A stretch of 53,962 nucleotides of DNA from Octopus bimaculoides (taxonomy: Eukaryota). A model generated the notes under the pieces. It worked only from the letters and a program-made list of their open reading frames with translations, was not told where the DNA came from and searched no databases. The stretch covers positions 69,568,543 to 69,622,504 of the forward strand of contig NC_068982.1 of NCBI RefSeq assembly GCF_001194135.2. Direction: 5' to 3'. Of the stretch, positions 35,330 to 47,244 are shown in pieces. Every line of letters begins with the position of its first letter. Position 1 is the stretch's first letter. The position numbers were made by a program, and so were the translations under genes.

Positions 35330-36117
35330 ATTCGAATACAAAATTTTTTTCTGTTCTATAACACAAAATAGATAAGTATACGAAGTTTGAAAGTCTTTCG
35401 GTACCAAAAACACTAGATAAAACATGAATGAAAACTGGTGCCCCTGTTTTGAAATAGATCCACCAACTTTACCGTTTGTCCTTTCGTGGTGAATACAATA
35501 AATACCGTTTGAGCTCTGGGGTCGATGTAATCGACTTAATCCCTCTCGTAAAAATTGCTGACCCTGTGCCAAAATTTGAAACTACATATGATCAATACTA
35601 GAGTTTCTGTTTNNNNNNNNNNCATTTTTTTTTTTTTTTTGTCAAGGGAGAAGGCTATGCCTGTATAGTAGCGTATCTGGTGGTGCAGACTGTCTGCCCT
35701 AGCTGTATAGGCTGGGAGTGCTGGGGCGTAACCGCACAGGCTGCGGAGTAGACAATAGCTGGATTTGAATTTAGAATGTGGGAGAAATATCATGATACAT
35801 CTGGTCCGACATTCTTACAGTTCTGCTAATCCACCAGCTTTGATTAGTACCTATTTATTGACCCCTCTCCTCTCCTCAAAGCATGAAAAGCAAAGTTGAC
35901 CTTGGCAAGGCAGCAAGCAGTCTTTGCACTCTAATGAACATTTGCCAATTTATTTAAACCTTCTAGCTGCATCTAAAATGTTTTCTTTACAGGTACTTAT
36001 TTGTCTATTGACTTCATACTCTATCTGTGACAAATGTTCCTAAGATAAGGACATTTGCCTTGATACAATGTTAAAGCATTTTTGTTTTTTGTTTTTCTAA
36101 TCTGATAGAAACTAGGT

Positions 36118-36239
36118 GCAGGCATGGAAGTGTTGATAAGTAGCTTGCTTTCCTACCATGTGGTCTCGTGTCAATTCCACTGTGTGGCACATTAGGCAAG
36201 TGTCTGCTATTATAGCTTCAGGCTAATCAAAGCCTGGTG
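36118..36239 (+). mobile_element. SINE family A 5' half, interrupted by the hAT (continues 38879-38930)
   Basis: ...ggctaatcaaagcctggtg | hAT | gtgtagtgaatggatttggtagacggaaactgaaagaagcc rejoins to the consensus caaagccttgtgagtggatttgg. Confidence 0.85.
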
Positions 36240-38878
36240 CAGTGGTTCCCAAACCATGCGCCATGGTGCACTGCAAGATATAATTAGGTGCACCTCAAAA
36301 AAGTAAGATTATATTTCAAAATATGAAAAATACAAACCGAAATTCACAAGAAAGTTCATATATTAATGTCAAAGTGGCAAAAAAACTGAATACTAAGTTC
36401 TAAACTAAGAACGAGAGGTGATGTGTCATTCAATTCATTTAGGCTAATTATGGTATGACTGTGTTATTTAATTTTTAATCTGAAATTTCCTAGGGATAAG
36501 AACTAAATTAGAATCAATCCATCCTTGAAAATGATGTCTTGTGAACATATTGAGTGCACGACTGTTTCAATTTATTTCGGTTGTAGCCTCAGCAGTTTTC
36601 ATCTCAATAATGAATGTGAAAATAAACTATTGGACTAAAGTATACGATGTTGAACTAAATCTTTTTAATATGTCTTTACGTATTGTAGCTGTATTTCAAT
36701 TTTTTCATTCATATAGTGGTGAGAATTTTCATCTTTTCAATTAATTTTGAAAGACTTCTCAAAGAGTCCGATAATATGACTTGCTGCCACTTTTCACAGC
36801 TCACTGGTCACTTGTCTCAGTTTGACTCTGTTGGTAATCTGTGCTCTTTGTGCGAGCCAATTCATATTAACAGACTAAATTACCCATAAAATGGAAAAGT
36901 TTGGTAAGAAGAACATAACCGTGTCGATTATGAATCTGAAAGTGAATGTTCGTCAAAAGCAATTAAGCATAGTGATAATAACACGAAAGCTTGACCCAAT
37001 TGTAAATACTGCAATAGCTATTTAAAGTTTGGGTTTCATTGATCTAGCAACAAGGATCAACCTCTTCTGCTGTGTGTTGTTTGTGGTGAAAAGATGTCTA
37101 ATGACAGCATGTTGCCCAGCAAGTTGAAACAACATTTTACAACCAAACACACATCTTCAATGTAAAGATTCGAATTCATTCCAAAGACTGCTAGAACAGC
37201 AATCTAAACAAAGAAACTATTTTGGAAAAAGGATGAATGCTTCTGAAAAGGTTCAAGTTGCATCTATTGAGATGGCCAAAATGATTGCACTACAAACTAA
37301 ACTGCATACTTTAGCCGAGTTGATTATCTTACCCGCTTGTAGAAAGATGGTTAAAACCATATTAGGTGATGAAGCCGAGCAAGAAACAAGCAAGATTCCA
37401 CTCTCAAATAATACAATCCAAAGGAGAATTATGGATTTATCTGCTGATATAGAGGAAAATGTACTGAACAAACTTCAGAACTCAGAATTTGCTCTACAGG
37501 TTGCCGAATCAACTGGTATTAGCAACAAAGCACAATTACTTACATTTATTCACTTTATTCATGGTAACTAAATCATAAATCCATTGTTTTGTTGTGAAGA
37601 AATGCCACTCATATTTTTGCCATTTATCTGCCTACCTCGAGAAATAGAGTTTATCCTGGAATTCATGGGGCACTATCTATGATGGGCTCTATTAAAGGTT
37701 TTGTATCTCTTGTACAACAGCAAAATCCTAATGTCATACATACTCATTGCTTCCTACATAGGGAGGTACTAGTTTCAAAAACAATACCTATTGAGTTAAA
37801 GCAAGTATTATACCAAGTTGTTGAAATGGTTAATTATATTAAAAGCAGGCCATTGAAGTGTTGCTTATTTGAACAAATATGTGTTGATATGGATTCTCAA
37901 CACATGCACACAAATGTCAGATGGCTTTCAAAAGGTAAGGTGCTACATCACAGATATGAACTCCAGAAGGAATTGCATGCATTTTTCAAAGAAGAAAAAT
38001 ATGACTGCTTCTTGGAATATCTACAATGTTCATTTTGGGTTTCCAAACTGGAGTATTTAACAGAGATATTTGCACAACTTAATAGCGTCAATACAAGTAT
38101 GCAAGGTAGAGATGAAAACATTTTCACTTTGACAGATAAGCTGGTTTCATTTTTAAAAAATGTAATTTGGAAAAATTGAGCTGAAGGTGGTAACTTTGAA
38201 ATATTTCCCTTAATATGTAAAAGCTGCAAAAAAGAAATGATTCCTGTTGTATTTGAACATTCGACAAATCTGGAAGAAAACATAAACTTTTATTTTTCGT
38301 CATTGAACACAGAAAGAGTATGATCGGGTTTGAATCCCTTCATAAAGTGCCATCTAATATTGGTCTGAAAATATGAGAAGAGAAATTTACATCTATATAC
38401 AGTAATCGTAGACTTAAAATCAAGTATGCTGAGTTACCTATTGATATATTTTGGAGAATACACCACAGTAACAAAAAAGGCTTTATCCGTTTTGATGCAG
38501 TTTTCCACATCATATTTATGTGAGTTGGGATTTTTAACCTTCAATAACATCAAATCCAAAAAAAGAGAGAAGCTCCATTGCATCAAAAAAGAAATGAGGG
38601 TTTGTCTTTCTCAAATATGTCCCAATATTGAAAACCTTTCTAAAAAACATCAAGCGCATGTTTCTCATTGATAACTTTGCTTCAAATATTGAATAAAGGG
38701 TAAGTACATGCAGTTTTTCTGTATTTTTAATTATCTGTATATTACTTTTCTAGTTTATGCTATGCTAATATATATAAAACCCCTTTTGAATAAATTTTAG
38801 AATTTATGTACAAAGTGCGCCAAAATATTTTGACAACTTGTAAGGTGTGCCATGAATAAAAAAGTTTGGGGGCCACTG
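36240..38878 (+). mobile_element. hAT transposon (Buster/Charlie, ZBED5/ZBED8/SCAND3-like), full-length but inactivated
   Basis: TIRs cagtggttcccaaac and gtttgggggccactg (13/15 match). Frameshifted transposase: [17 protein letters not shown] zinc finger, FALQVAEST, THCFLHREVL, VRWLSKGKVL, FSTSYLCELGF dimerisation motif. 8-bp flanks gcctggtg/gtgtagtg match only 5/8. Confidence 0.92.
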
Positions 38879-38944
38879 GTGTAGTGAATGGATTTGGTAG
38901 ACGGAAACTGAAAGAAGCCTGTTGTGTGTGTGTGATGTAGTGAG

Positions 38945-39490
38945 ATGTGGGCCCTGTATGCAGAGGACATGTAAAGGCTAGAGAAGAATGAAGCTGGTGG
39001 TATATTCTACTGAATGTGCAATGACAGTGCTAGTGTACTGAGAGAAAAAGTTAGGCACAAGAGGAATTAGATGCAGTGTGCAAGAGAGAAGACTGTGATG
39101 GTTTGGTCATGTGATATGTATGGATGTAGAGAGTTGTGTATAGAAGCACCAATCACTTAAAGTGGATGTAAGGAGATCCAGGAAGACTGGGACAAAGTGC
39201 TGAAGACCAATCTCAAGACACTGAGCCTCACAAAGGAGGGCCAAGACATCTGGTGCCTTGCTGTATTCAAGAAGACCTTCCCACCAAGGCAGAATTGATA
39301 CTAGTGCTGGTACCATGTAAAAAGTGCCCAATACACTTTGTGTGGAGGTTGGTGTTAGGAAGGGTATCCAACTGCGGAAACCATGCCAGAACAGACAATG
39401 GAGCTTGGTGCCATCTCTAGCTTTGCCAGCACCTATCAAACCATCCAACCCATGCCAGCATGGAAAACAGACAGTAAATGATGATGATTA
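38945..39490 (+). mobile_element. RTE-clade LINE 3' fragment with 3'UTR and (GAT)n tail
   Basis: WALYAEDM.RLEKNEA...LREK and KTWDKVLK-type C-terminal motifs, followed by ccatccaacccatgccagcatggaaa...tgatgatgat. Confidence 0.8.
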
Positions 39491-40647
39491 TGTGTGTGTG
39501 TGTGTTGATCTGGACATCATGAGGTGGTTGTAAATAAGCATGATGTTGTTTTGTTTCCAGTCTTCTGTGAAAAACATGTCTGGCCATGGGAAAATATTAC
39601 TTTACTTAGAAACAAGTGTGGGTTAGCAACAGGCAAGACATCCAAACATAGAAAATTTGCCCCAACAAATCTCGTTTCACTCATGTGTGATGTTAAAAGA
39701 TGATATTAGAAAAAAGCCCGCAAAAAACTACTGAATCAACATCAAAGTGCCAAATTCTGGTATGAGTTTTTATTAATGTCTTATCAGAGAAAAACAAGAT
39801 TTATAAAGAGAGGAAATGGAATGTGATATTGACAATCGCTAAATTTTTTATACAGATCCTTTTGAGACTGTTTTATTGCCTATGACACAAAATGTTTACT
39901 TTTATAGTGTTTATATTTAAGTTACAACTGTCAACCAAATACCAGTTAAGGTATTGAGGCTAAAGTATGGTAGAGGGATAGCACTATCTATTCTTGTCTC
40001 TGTATCATACTTTAGCCTCATCACCTGGCATAAAGACCCCTCCTACATTATTACTCCACCTCCAGTTGAGGGATCTTGCCTTGCAAGTTACTTGGTGACA
40101 TGTAAAATGTACTCAGTTCACTCAGTAAAGTGGTTGGCATTAGGAAGGGCATCTAGCCATAGAAACCATACGAAAGTAGACCTCTAGCTCACCAGCTCCT
40201 GTCAAAACCATCTAACCCATGCCAGCATAGAAAATGGATATTAAATGATGGTGTCAGTTGTTTTAATCAATGCAACTGAATTCTTGATTAATTTCAAAAT
40301 AAATAGAAACTTACGTTGCATAAGGGTCAAAGGCACCAAATAAAATGTCTCCAGCTAGGAATTGAAACTAATAACAAGCTGTAACAGTGAGTCTACCTAT
40401 ACTACTAAACACTCAGGACTAAACACTCAGTATATTATTTGCAAATCTAGTCTAAAATTCATTTTCAAACTTCAGCTAGAATTATACTGAATACTTTTTA
40501 AATGTTGATCCTTATTTATCTTCTACCAGAAAAATTGCAAGGCTATAATAGAAGACACTTGCCCAAGGTGTCATACAGTGGGACTGAACCTGGGATCATG
40601 TGGTTGGGAAGCAAGCTTCCTACCACACAGCCATGCCTGTGTCTATA

Positions 40648-40704
<57 letters not shown>

Positions 40705-40913
40705 GTGTCTTGACATGATTGTGATAGTTGTAAATGAATGTTACTGTCAAGTGTATCCATTTCCAATATTCTGTGAAAAACATTTCTGGCCATGGGGAAA
40801 TATTACCCTGCTTGGAAACAGGAAGGGCATTCAAAGGTAGAAAGTCTGCTTCACTAAACTCTTTCTAACCCATGCAAGCAAAGTAAAGTGGGTATAAAAA
40901 CAATGATGATGAT
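40705..40913 (+). mobile_element. Second (GAT)-tailed interspersed repeat family (copies also at about 25395-25560, 39505-39705 plus; 26590-26810 minus)
   Basis: Shared ctgtgaaaaacatgtctggccatgggaaatattacc..ttggaaacagg module ending in atgatgatgat. Confidence 0.6.
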
Positions 40914-41789
40914 AAAGTTGTGAAATTTGTGAGATATTTTTCATTCTTTGCACTAAAGACTACTTAGCTAAAAGTTCCTGGTTGGTTTCAGAAGTTCTTA
41001 TTGCTGTTGTGGAATGTCTGTAATGTTAATTCCTAAACACTTGTACATCTCTTTGGAATGCAAGCCTAGTAATTAATATTTATTTTTAGATAGAGTAGCT
41101 GAGATTAATTTGGCTGCTGGCTGTATGACTAATTTTCATCATTAGTTTAGTCTTTTTTTTATTAGGTTTTGTTTTTCCTTCCAATTAAATTTTTTAATTT
41201 CTCTCCTAAAGGTTATTGTTAATCATAGCCAACTTTAAATGGTCACAGAGGGGTAAAGGAATGAGAAATTAACAAGGAGCTTGACAAACTCTTTGTTTTC
41301 TATAGAAGCTGTATATAAATAGATTGTCTTCTTTCTTTATGTGTACACTAAAAGAAAACAGGCTATTATAATCATTAGTTTGGCTATTTCTTGGATGAAA
41401 CCATTAGAAGATAAAGGGAGAGTGGATTGGTAAATTGCACCTTTGCCATACTTTACTCAAACACCCAGAACAACACCTCAAGACATTCTAAAACCTTTTG
41501 CACTGAATACTGGGTCAGTTATTCCCAACATATTTTTCTACAAGCAGTTTCATCAATGCTCTGCATTGTTCTCAAACTGTTATCATACTTTAAGGTACAG
41601 CCAATAGGCACAGATCTGATTGTGTGGTTGAAATGCTAGCTTCCAAACTGTGTGGCCTTTGGTTCAATTTCACAGTACAACTCCTTGATCAGAAGTCTTC
41701 GACTATAGCCCCAGGCCAACCAAAACCTTGGTATGTGGATTTGGTTGTCAGAGACTGAGAGAAACCTGTTTTGTGTGTGTGTATATATA

Positions 41790-41915
41790 TAGTTCAGATT
41801 TATACAAAAACAAAGACAAAGACAAGTGTTGGAACAAGCAAATGTATTAGTTTGATACTCAGGAAAAAAAGGAAAAGTCTTTTACGTTTTAAGCCTATGC
41901 TCTTTGACAGAGAGG
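41790..41915 (-). mobile_element. Penelope-like element terminal-repeat fragment with degenerate hammerhead motif
   Basis: Minus strand ...ctCTGTCAAAgagcataggcttAAAAcgtaaaagac...; related to 42900-43010. Confidence 0.5.
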
Positions 41916-42899
41916 ATTAAGAGGAAATAAATAGAGATTGAAAAAACATGTGTTGAGTTCAGTGTTCCAACATGGTAGATGATTGGAAAAAAAAGGTTAA
42001 ATGAAAGGGAGATAATAAAGAAGAGAGGTTGAATGAAGGGGAGTTAATTCATAGTGATCCCAACAGGAGGAGGTGCACAAGCATGTGTGTGTGAGTGTAT
42101 GTGTGAATGCAGGTGAATGAGTTTCATGTGTGTTGTGTGTAGCAGTTTATGTGTGCTTTCACACATGGTATGCACACATGTGTATGTATGTGTGTCACTG
42201 TGACCAAATAGTGTGCATGTGTATAGTGTATATATGTGGTTGAAAGTTATCATTTGTCTATATGTGTTGCATGTGTTCATGCATATTGTGTATGTGTATA
42301 TATTGTTTGTGTTCAGGTATTATGTGCTTGTGTGGGTGTTGGATTGTGCATGATGTGTGTGATGTGTGTACTGAGTTAAACAATGTGTGTGGCTGTTCAT
42401 ATAGTGGTATGTGTCGTGACACTATTGAAGATTGTGTGTGTGGATGATGGTGTGTTGTGTGGGTACTGAGAGGTGTGTATGGAGTGGGAAGGTGTGAGTG
42501 GGTGTGTAATGGTGAAGTGAGGGATGAGTTGAATAGTGTGTATGGGTGTGTATAGTAGTGCATGTGGGTGAGGGTACCAAGGTGGGCGGTAAGCAGATAT
42601 ATAGGTGGAGGGTGTGGGAGGTGAATGGGAATCCATGTGGGATCAGTGTCAAATGACGAGAGGAGGTGAGGTTGGTGTCAGATGAAGAGAGGAGGTGAGT
42701 TGAGCCCATGTGTGGCAAAAGTATGAAGAAAGAAGATTAATTCCTGTTCATAGCAAAGGTGGGAGTAGGGGTGGCCCCTGTACAGAGACAGTCTGAACAC
42801 TGACAGATGTTGTAGCAAATGACAGGTAGAGTGGAAATGGTGCAAGACCAGGGTGTCATTATATAGTCAATTCAAAAAAAGCATAAAGAAAAAGAAAAC

Positions 42900-43010
42900 G
42901 AAAAACAAATGAATATGTGGACGTAGCACAAGCAATGTATTAATAGGGCGCTCAGAGAAAGAAAAGAGTAGTAGCTTTACGTTTCAAGCATAGCTCTTCT
43001 TTAGAAACAG
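42900..43010 (-). mobile_element. Penelope-like element terminal-repeat fragment with degenerate hammerhead motif
   Basis: Minus strand gtttCTAAGAAgagctatgcttGAAAcgtaaagc. Confidence 0.55.
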
Positions 43011-43559
43011 GAAAAATAGGAGAGTCCAAGATAAAGGAGGAAAAGCATTGCCAACAATCATGTGCAGTTACATTTTTGAAGTGATCGAAGTAGAAGGAAT
43101 GATATGTATATATAAAACAGAGTTATTTGTGAGGGATTACCAATCTGGGAAAAATTATAAGCTCTCTGTTAGTACACCAGGTTAACAATATTGTTTAGAT
43201 TAGTAAAGAACTCCACGTATTCTTGTGGCAGGGTCCAAGGTTATAGTTCATCACCATTCTATATTGTAAATCCATGGTTGTGTTCCAGTTATACCAGTTT
43301 TTTACATAGAGTGATATACAAGACACACACGCACATTATAATTAAAACAACAAAAAGCTCTTTGTGAAATACACATATGTATGTGTGTTTGCATACCCTT
43401 GTCTTGACATCATGTGATGGTTCTAAATGAGCTGTATTCTCTAGCTAGATACCCTGTCTGTTACTTATCCTTTCCTGTTATTGCTGATCTTCACCATAAA
43501 AAAAACAACTAAGTTAATGGCTATTGCTTACAGGATACATAAACATGACATCAATATTG

Positions 43560-44345
43560 CCCAAATATTGTTGTGCAAAGACATGCAGCAATATCATATT
43601 TGCATATGTATGGGTCATCTGATTCATGCACATAAGGAAAAATGGACGTTAAATGATGATGATGATGATATATATCATCACTTCCTTTCTGTGTCTTCAG
43701 TCATTGTCCTCTCCTCCCTGCTATACTCCACCCTTAACACCTCTCTTATCAGCTATTACTCTCAATGCCCTCACATATGTACCATAATTCCCACTCCCTT
43801 CAAGCCATTCCTATATCTCTCACAAGCACTTGCTACATTCACCCCTAACCTACCTCTAACTATTCCCCTCACATTCTTATCAAACTTCCCCTCCATCCCA
43901 CTGACCACTCACCCTGACCAATCCTCTGTACCATCACACTTATATTCATCCCCTACTGTACCTTATCTCCCTTTCTCTCCTTTGTTTTCCAACTGAGGTA
44001 GCCAGGTATCTCCTCTACAGCAAGCCACCTATCTCTATCCCACTATTATACTTTAACCTCTCATCCAACTGGCACAAACCCACCTCCCTCAATATGACTC
44101 CCACTCCCTGTGGAGCAGGGTCATTGTCTTGCAAGTTACTTGGTGATCCTGCTAGTGTTGATGTCACTTAAAAATCATCCACTACACACTGTAAAGTGGT
44201 TGGCTTAAGGAAGGACATTCAACTGCAGAAACCATGCCAAAGCAGAGAGTAGAGCTAGGCAGAGCCTTTGGCTTGCCAGTTCCTGTCAAACCATCCAATA
44301 CATGCCAGCATGGAAAGGAGACATTAAATAATGATGACGATGACA
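43560..44345 (+). mobile_element. RTE-type 3'UTR copies (short tail, C-rich segment, full tail)
   Basis: gttaaatgatgatgat tail at about 43650, a pyrimidine/C-rich stretch, then cttgcaagttacttggtga...ccatccaatacatgccagcatgg...aatgatgacgat. Confidence 0.7.
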
Positions 44346-44399
44346 CTCTTAAAGGAGCAGGGCCCACTTAGGTAGTGACCCCTAGGTGTCCTCCTGCTG

Positions 44400-45040
44400 T
44401 TATTTAAATGCCACCTTCAGTGTTGTTTGATCTCAAAACTTTGGGTGAGCTTATTGCTCAGCTACACTGATCTCCACTTGAACTTCTCAAACTGGGTTTC
44501 CATCCTCCTATGCTTAGTGATTACTGTATCCCTTTCAGTTCCATCTGTCATTCCCTTTTGCCCATACATACATCAAGCTCTTTTCAATTGTCTCTGAAAG
44601 GTGTTTCATTGTTGCTATTTTTTTGTGGTGACCCTTGACCTTGTAGTTGTAGTTGACAAATGGATGCTTCAACAAATCCCATGCATCAACTTCTACCACC
44701 TTTACAGTGCAACTAACTTTGTTAGTTCTTTCACCAGTCATCATACTTTCTCATTTTGAATTGGTGTTGTTCCTCTACTCAGCTCTCATAAGGGACTCTC
44801 AACTCAACCAAAATGACTCTGGCACCAGATTTTGACCATGGAGCAATATCTGGTCTTTGGCCTTTCATATTGATAAAATATGGATAGTTTTGCACCAGTC
44901 TGGAAAGTCAGCATATTTTTCCCATTTCCCTTCAAGTCCAAGTAGGCTTTGTCTGAGGACAATTTGATGATTGAGCATCTTTTTTAATCCAAATTACTTC
45001 TCACACACAGTAGAAGCTGTTTATTGTATTCACTTTGGAA
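44400..45040 (-). mobile_element. HERO/R2-group non-LTR retrotransposon 3' fragment (restriction-like endonuclease)
   Basis: Minus strand QRPDIAPWSKSGARVILVELRVPYES*VEEQHQFKMRKY (RPDI at 44845-44856), then VKVVEVDA...KHLSETIEKSLMYVWAKG. Matches the PD..D/ExK RLE of HERO-type elements from memory. Confidence 0.72.
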
Positions 45041-45160
45041 CAGAGGCTTTTAGATATCAATAAGAAGAGGATATAACAATACTCCAAATGTTTTGGGGAC
45101 CCAGTAATATTGATAACAGTAACAATATGATACTGTAATCCATGATTATGATAAGTGTTT

Positions 45161-45192
<32 letters not shown>

Positions 45193-45199
<7 letters not shown>

Positions 45200-45669
45200 A
45201 GGATAAAAACTTTATAAGAATTTATCAAGTAGTTAGCGTGAAAAAACCTCATAANNNNNNNNNNNNNNNNNNNNNNNNNNNNNNNNNNNNNNNNNNNNNN
45301 NNNNNNNNNNNNNNNNNNNNNNNNNNNNNNNNNNNNNNNNNNNNNNNNNNNNNNNNNNNNNNNNNNNNNNNNNNNNNNNNNNNNNNNNNNNNNNNNNNNN
45401 NNNNNNNNNNNNNNNNNNNNNNNNNNNNNNNNNNNNNNNNNNNNNNNNNNNNNNNNNNNNNNNNNNNNNNNNNNNNNNNNNNNNNNNNNNNNNNNNNNNN
45501 NNNNNNNNNNNNNNNNNNNNNNNNNNNNNNNNNNNNNNNNNNNNNNNNNNNNNNNNNNNNNNNNNCATTCCCTCGCGATCGGTAAAAATGTGCTTATTTT
45601 GGTAGTTTTGACTTATGGAGTCCCTCTAAGCGTGAGGCATTATTGTATAGTAATGCCCTTATATAAATT

Positions 45670-45680
<11 letters not shown>
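45193..45680 (+). repeat. (TA)n-embedded interspersed repeat spanning a gap; inverted partner at 47035-47095
   Basis: taggataaaaacttttataagaatttatcaagtagttagcgtgaaaaa matches the reverse complement of 47035-47095 (about 42/48); both copies sit in TA runs. Confidence 0.6.
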
Positions 45681-45699
<19 letters not shown>

Positions 45700-45707
<8 letters not shown>

Positions 45708-46075
45708 TGAGCATTGGGCCTCATGGAGGCAAGGTGGCTGATGCCAGTGGTACATAAAAAGCACCTTTCAAGTGTGTTGGGCCTCATGGAGGCAATGACA
45801 AATGACTGAGATCTTTGGCATTATGCTGTGCTTGAGAAGACCCATCAAGCCAAGTGAATTTATAGTTGTGGCAGATACTGGTGTTATGCAAATGACACCC
45901 ATGCTTGTGGTATGTAAAAAGTACCCATTACACTCTCAGTGTGGTTGGTGTTAGGAAGGGCATAGAAACCATGCCAAATTAGACTAGGGTCTGGTACAAC
46001 CTTCCAGCTCGTCAGCCCAGGTCAAACCATCCAACCCATACCAGCATGAACAACAGATGTTAAATGATGATTATG
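45700..46075 (+). mobile_element. RTE-type 3' tail copy (a further copy at about 46250-46425)
   Basis: gtaaaaagtacccattacactctcagtgtggttggtgttaggaagggc...ccatccaacccataccagcatg...ttaaatgatgat. Confidence 0.75.
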
Positions 46076-46424
46076 ATATATATAAATGTTTACTGATGCA
46101 CAAGTTACCATAGGAATTTGAGGTTTAAGCATGTCATGAAATATCTGCAATATCAATGACTTGCTTTCCATTTTCTTTTACTTGCTTTTATACATAGCAC
46201 ACACTCACACACATATATACATGCACACACACACTCATTCACATATACATATATATGTGACCTGCATGATTACCTCAGTAGTGCTGGTGACACGAAATAA
46301 GCATCCAGTACATACTATGAAGTGGTTGACATTGGGAAGGACATCTAGCCCTGCAAAAACAGAGAATCAAACCATTGAACCCATACCAGTATGGAACATA
46401 TATGTTAAATGGTAATGATGACGT

Positions 46425-46479
<55 letters not shown>

Positions 46480-47118
46480 TCTTTTATTTTTTTTACTTGT
46501 TTCAGTCATTTGACTGTAACCATGCTAGGCACCACTTTAAAGGAGTTTAATTGAAGAAATCAACCCCAGGACTTATTCTTTGTAAGCCTTGTACTTGTTA
46601 CATCAGTTTCTTTTACTGAACCGCAAAGTTATGGGGCTGTAAACACACCTACACTGGTNNNNNNNNNNNNNNNNNNNNNNNNNNNNNNNNNNNNNNNNNN
46701 NNNNNNNNNNNNNNNNNNNNNNNNNNNNNNNNNNNNNNNNNNNNNNNNNNNNNNNNNNNNNNNNNNNNNNNNNNNNNNNNNNNNNNNNNNNNNNNNNNNN
46801 NNNNNNNNNNNNNNNNNNNNNNNNNNNNNNNNNNNNNNNNNNNNNNNNNNNNNNNNNNNNNNNNNNNNNNNNNNNNNNNNNNNNNNNNNNNNNNNNNNNN
46901 NNNNNNNNNNNNNNNNNNNNNNNNNNNNNNNNNNNNNNNNNNNNNNNNNNNNNNNNNNNNNNNNNNNNNNNNNNNNNNNNNNNNNNNNNNNNNNNNNNNN
47001 NNNNNNNNNNNNNNNNNNATATATATATATATAAATTTTTCACGCTAGCTACTTGATAAATTCTTGTAAAAGAATTCATCCTATTATTAAATTTATATAT
47101 ATATATATATATATACAT

Positions 47119-47244
47119 AAGGGCATCCAGCTGTAGAAACTCTGCCAAATTAGATTGGAGCCTGGTGTTGCCATCCGGTTTCACCAGTCCTCAGTCAAAT
47201 CGTCCAACCCATGCTAGCATGGAAAGCGGACGTTAAACGATGAT
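47119..47244 (+). mobile_element. Young RTE-type 3' tail copy
   Basis: About 6 differences over about 122 bp versus 2469-2590. Confidence 0.8.

Noticed and set aside
43050-43330. Possible GIY-YIG remnant next to the Penelope-like end
   Set aside because: I could not recover a GIY/YIG motif in any frame.
43481-43996. 171-aa ORF
   Set aside because: Overlaps an RTE-type tail and its C-rich 3'UTR; low-complexity P/L/S/T composition and no domain.
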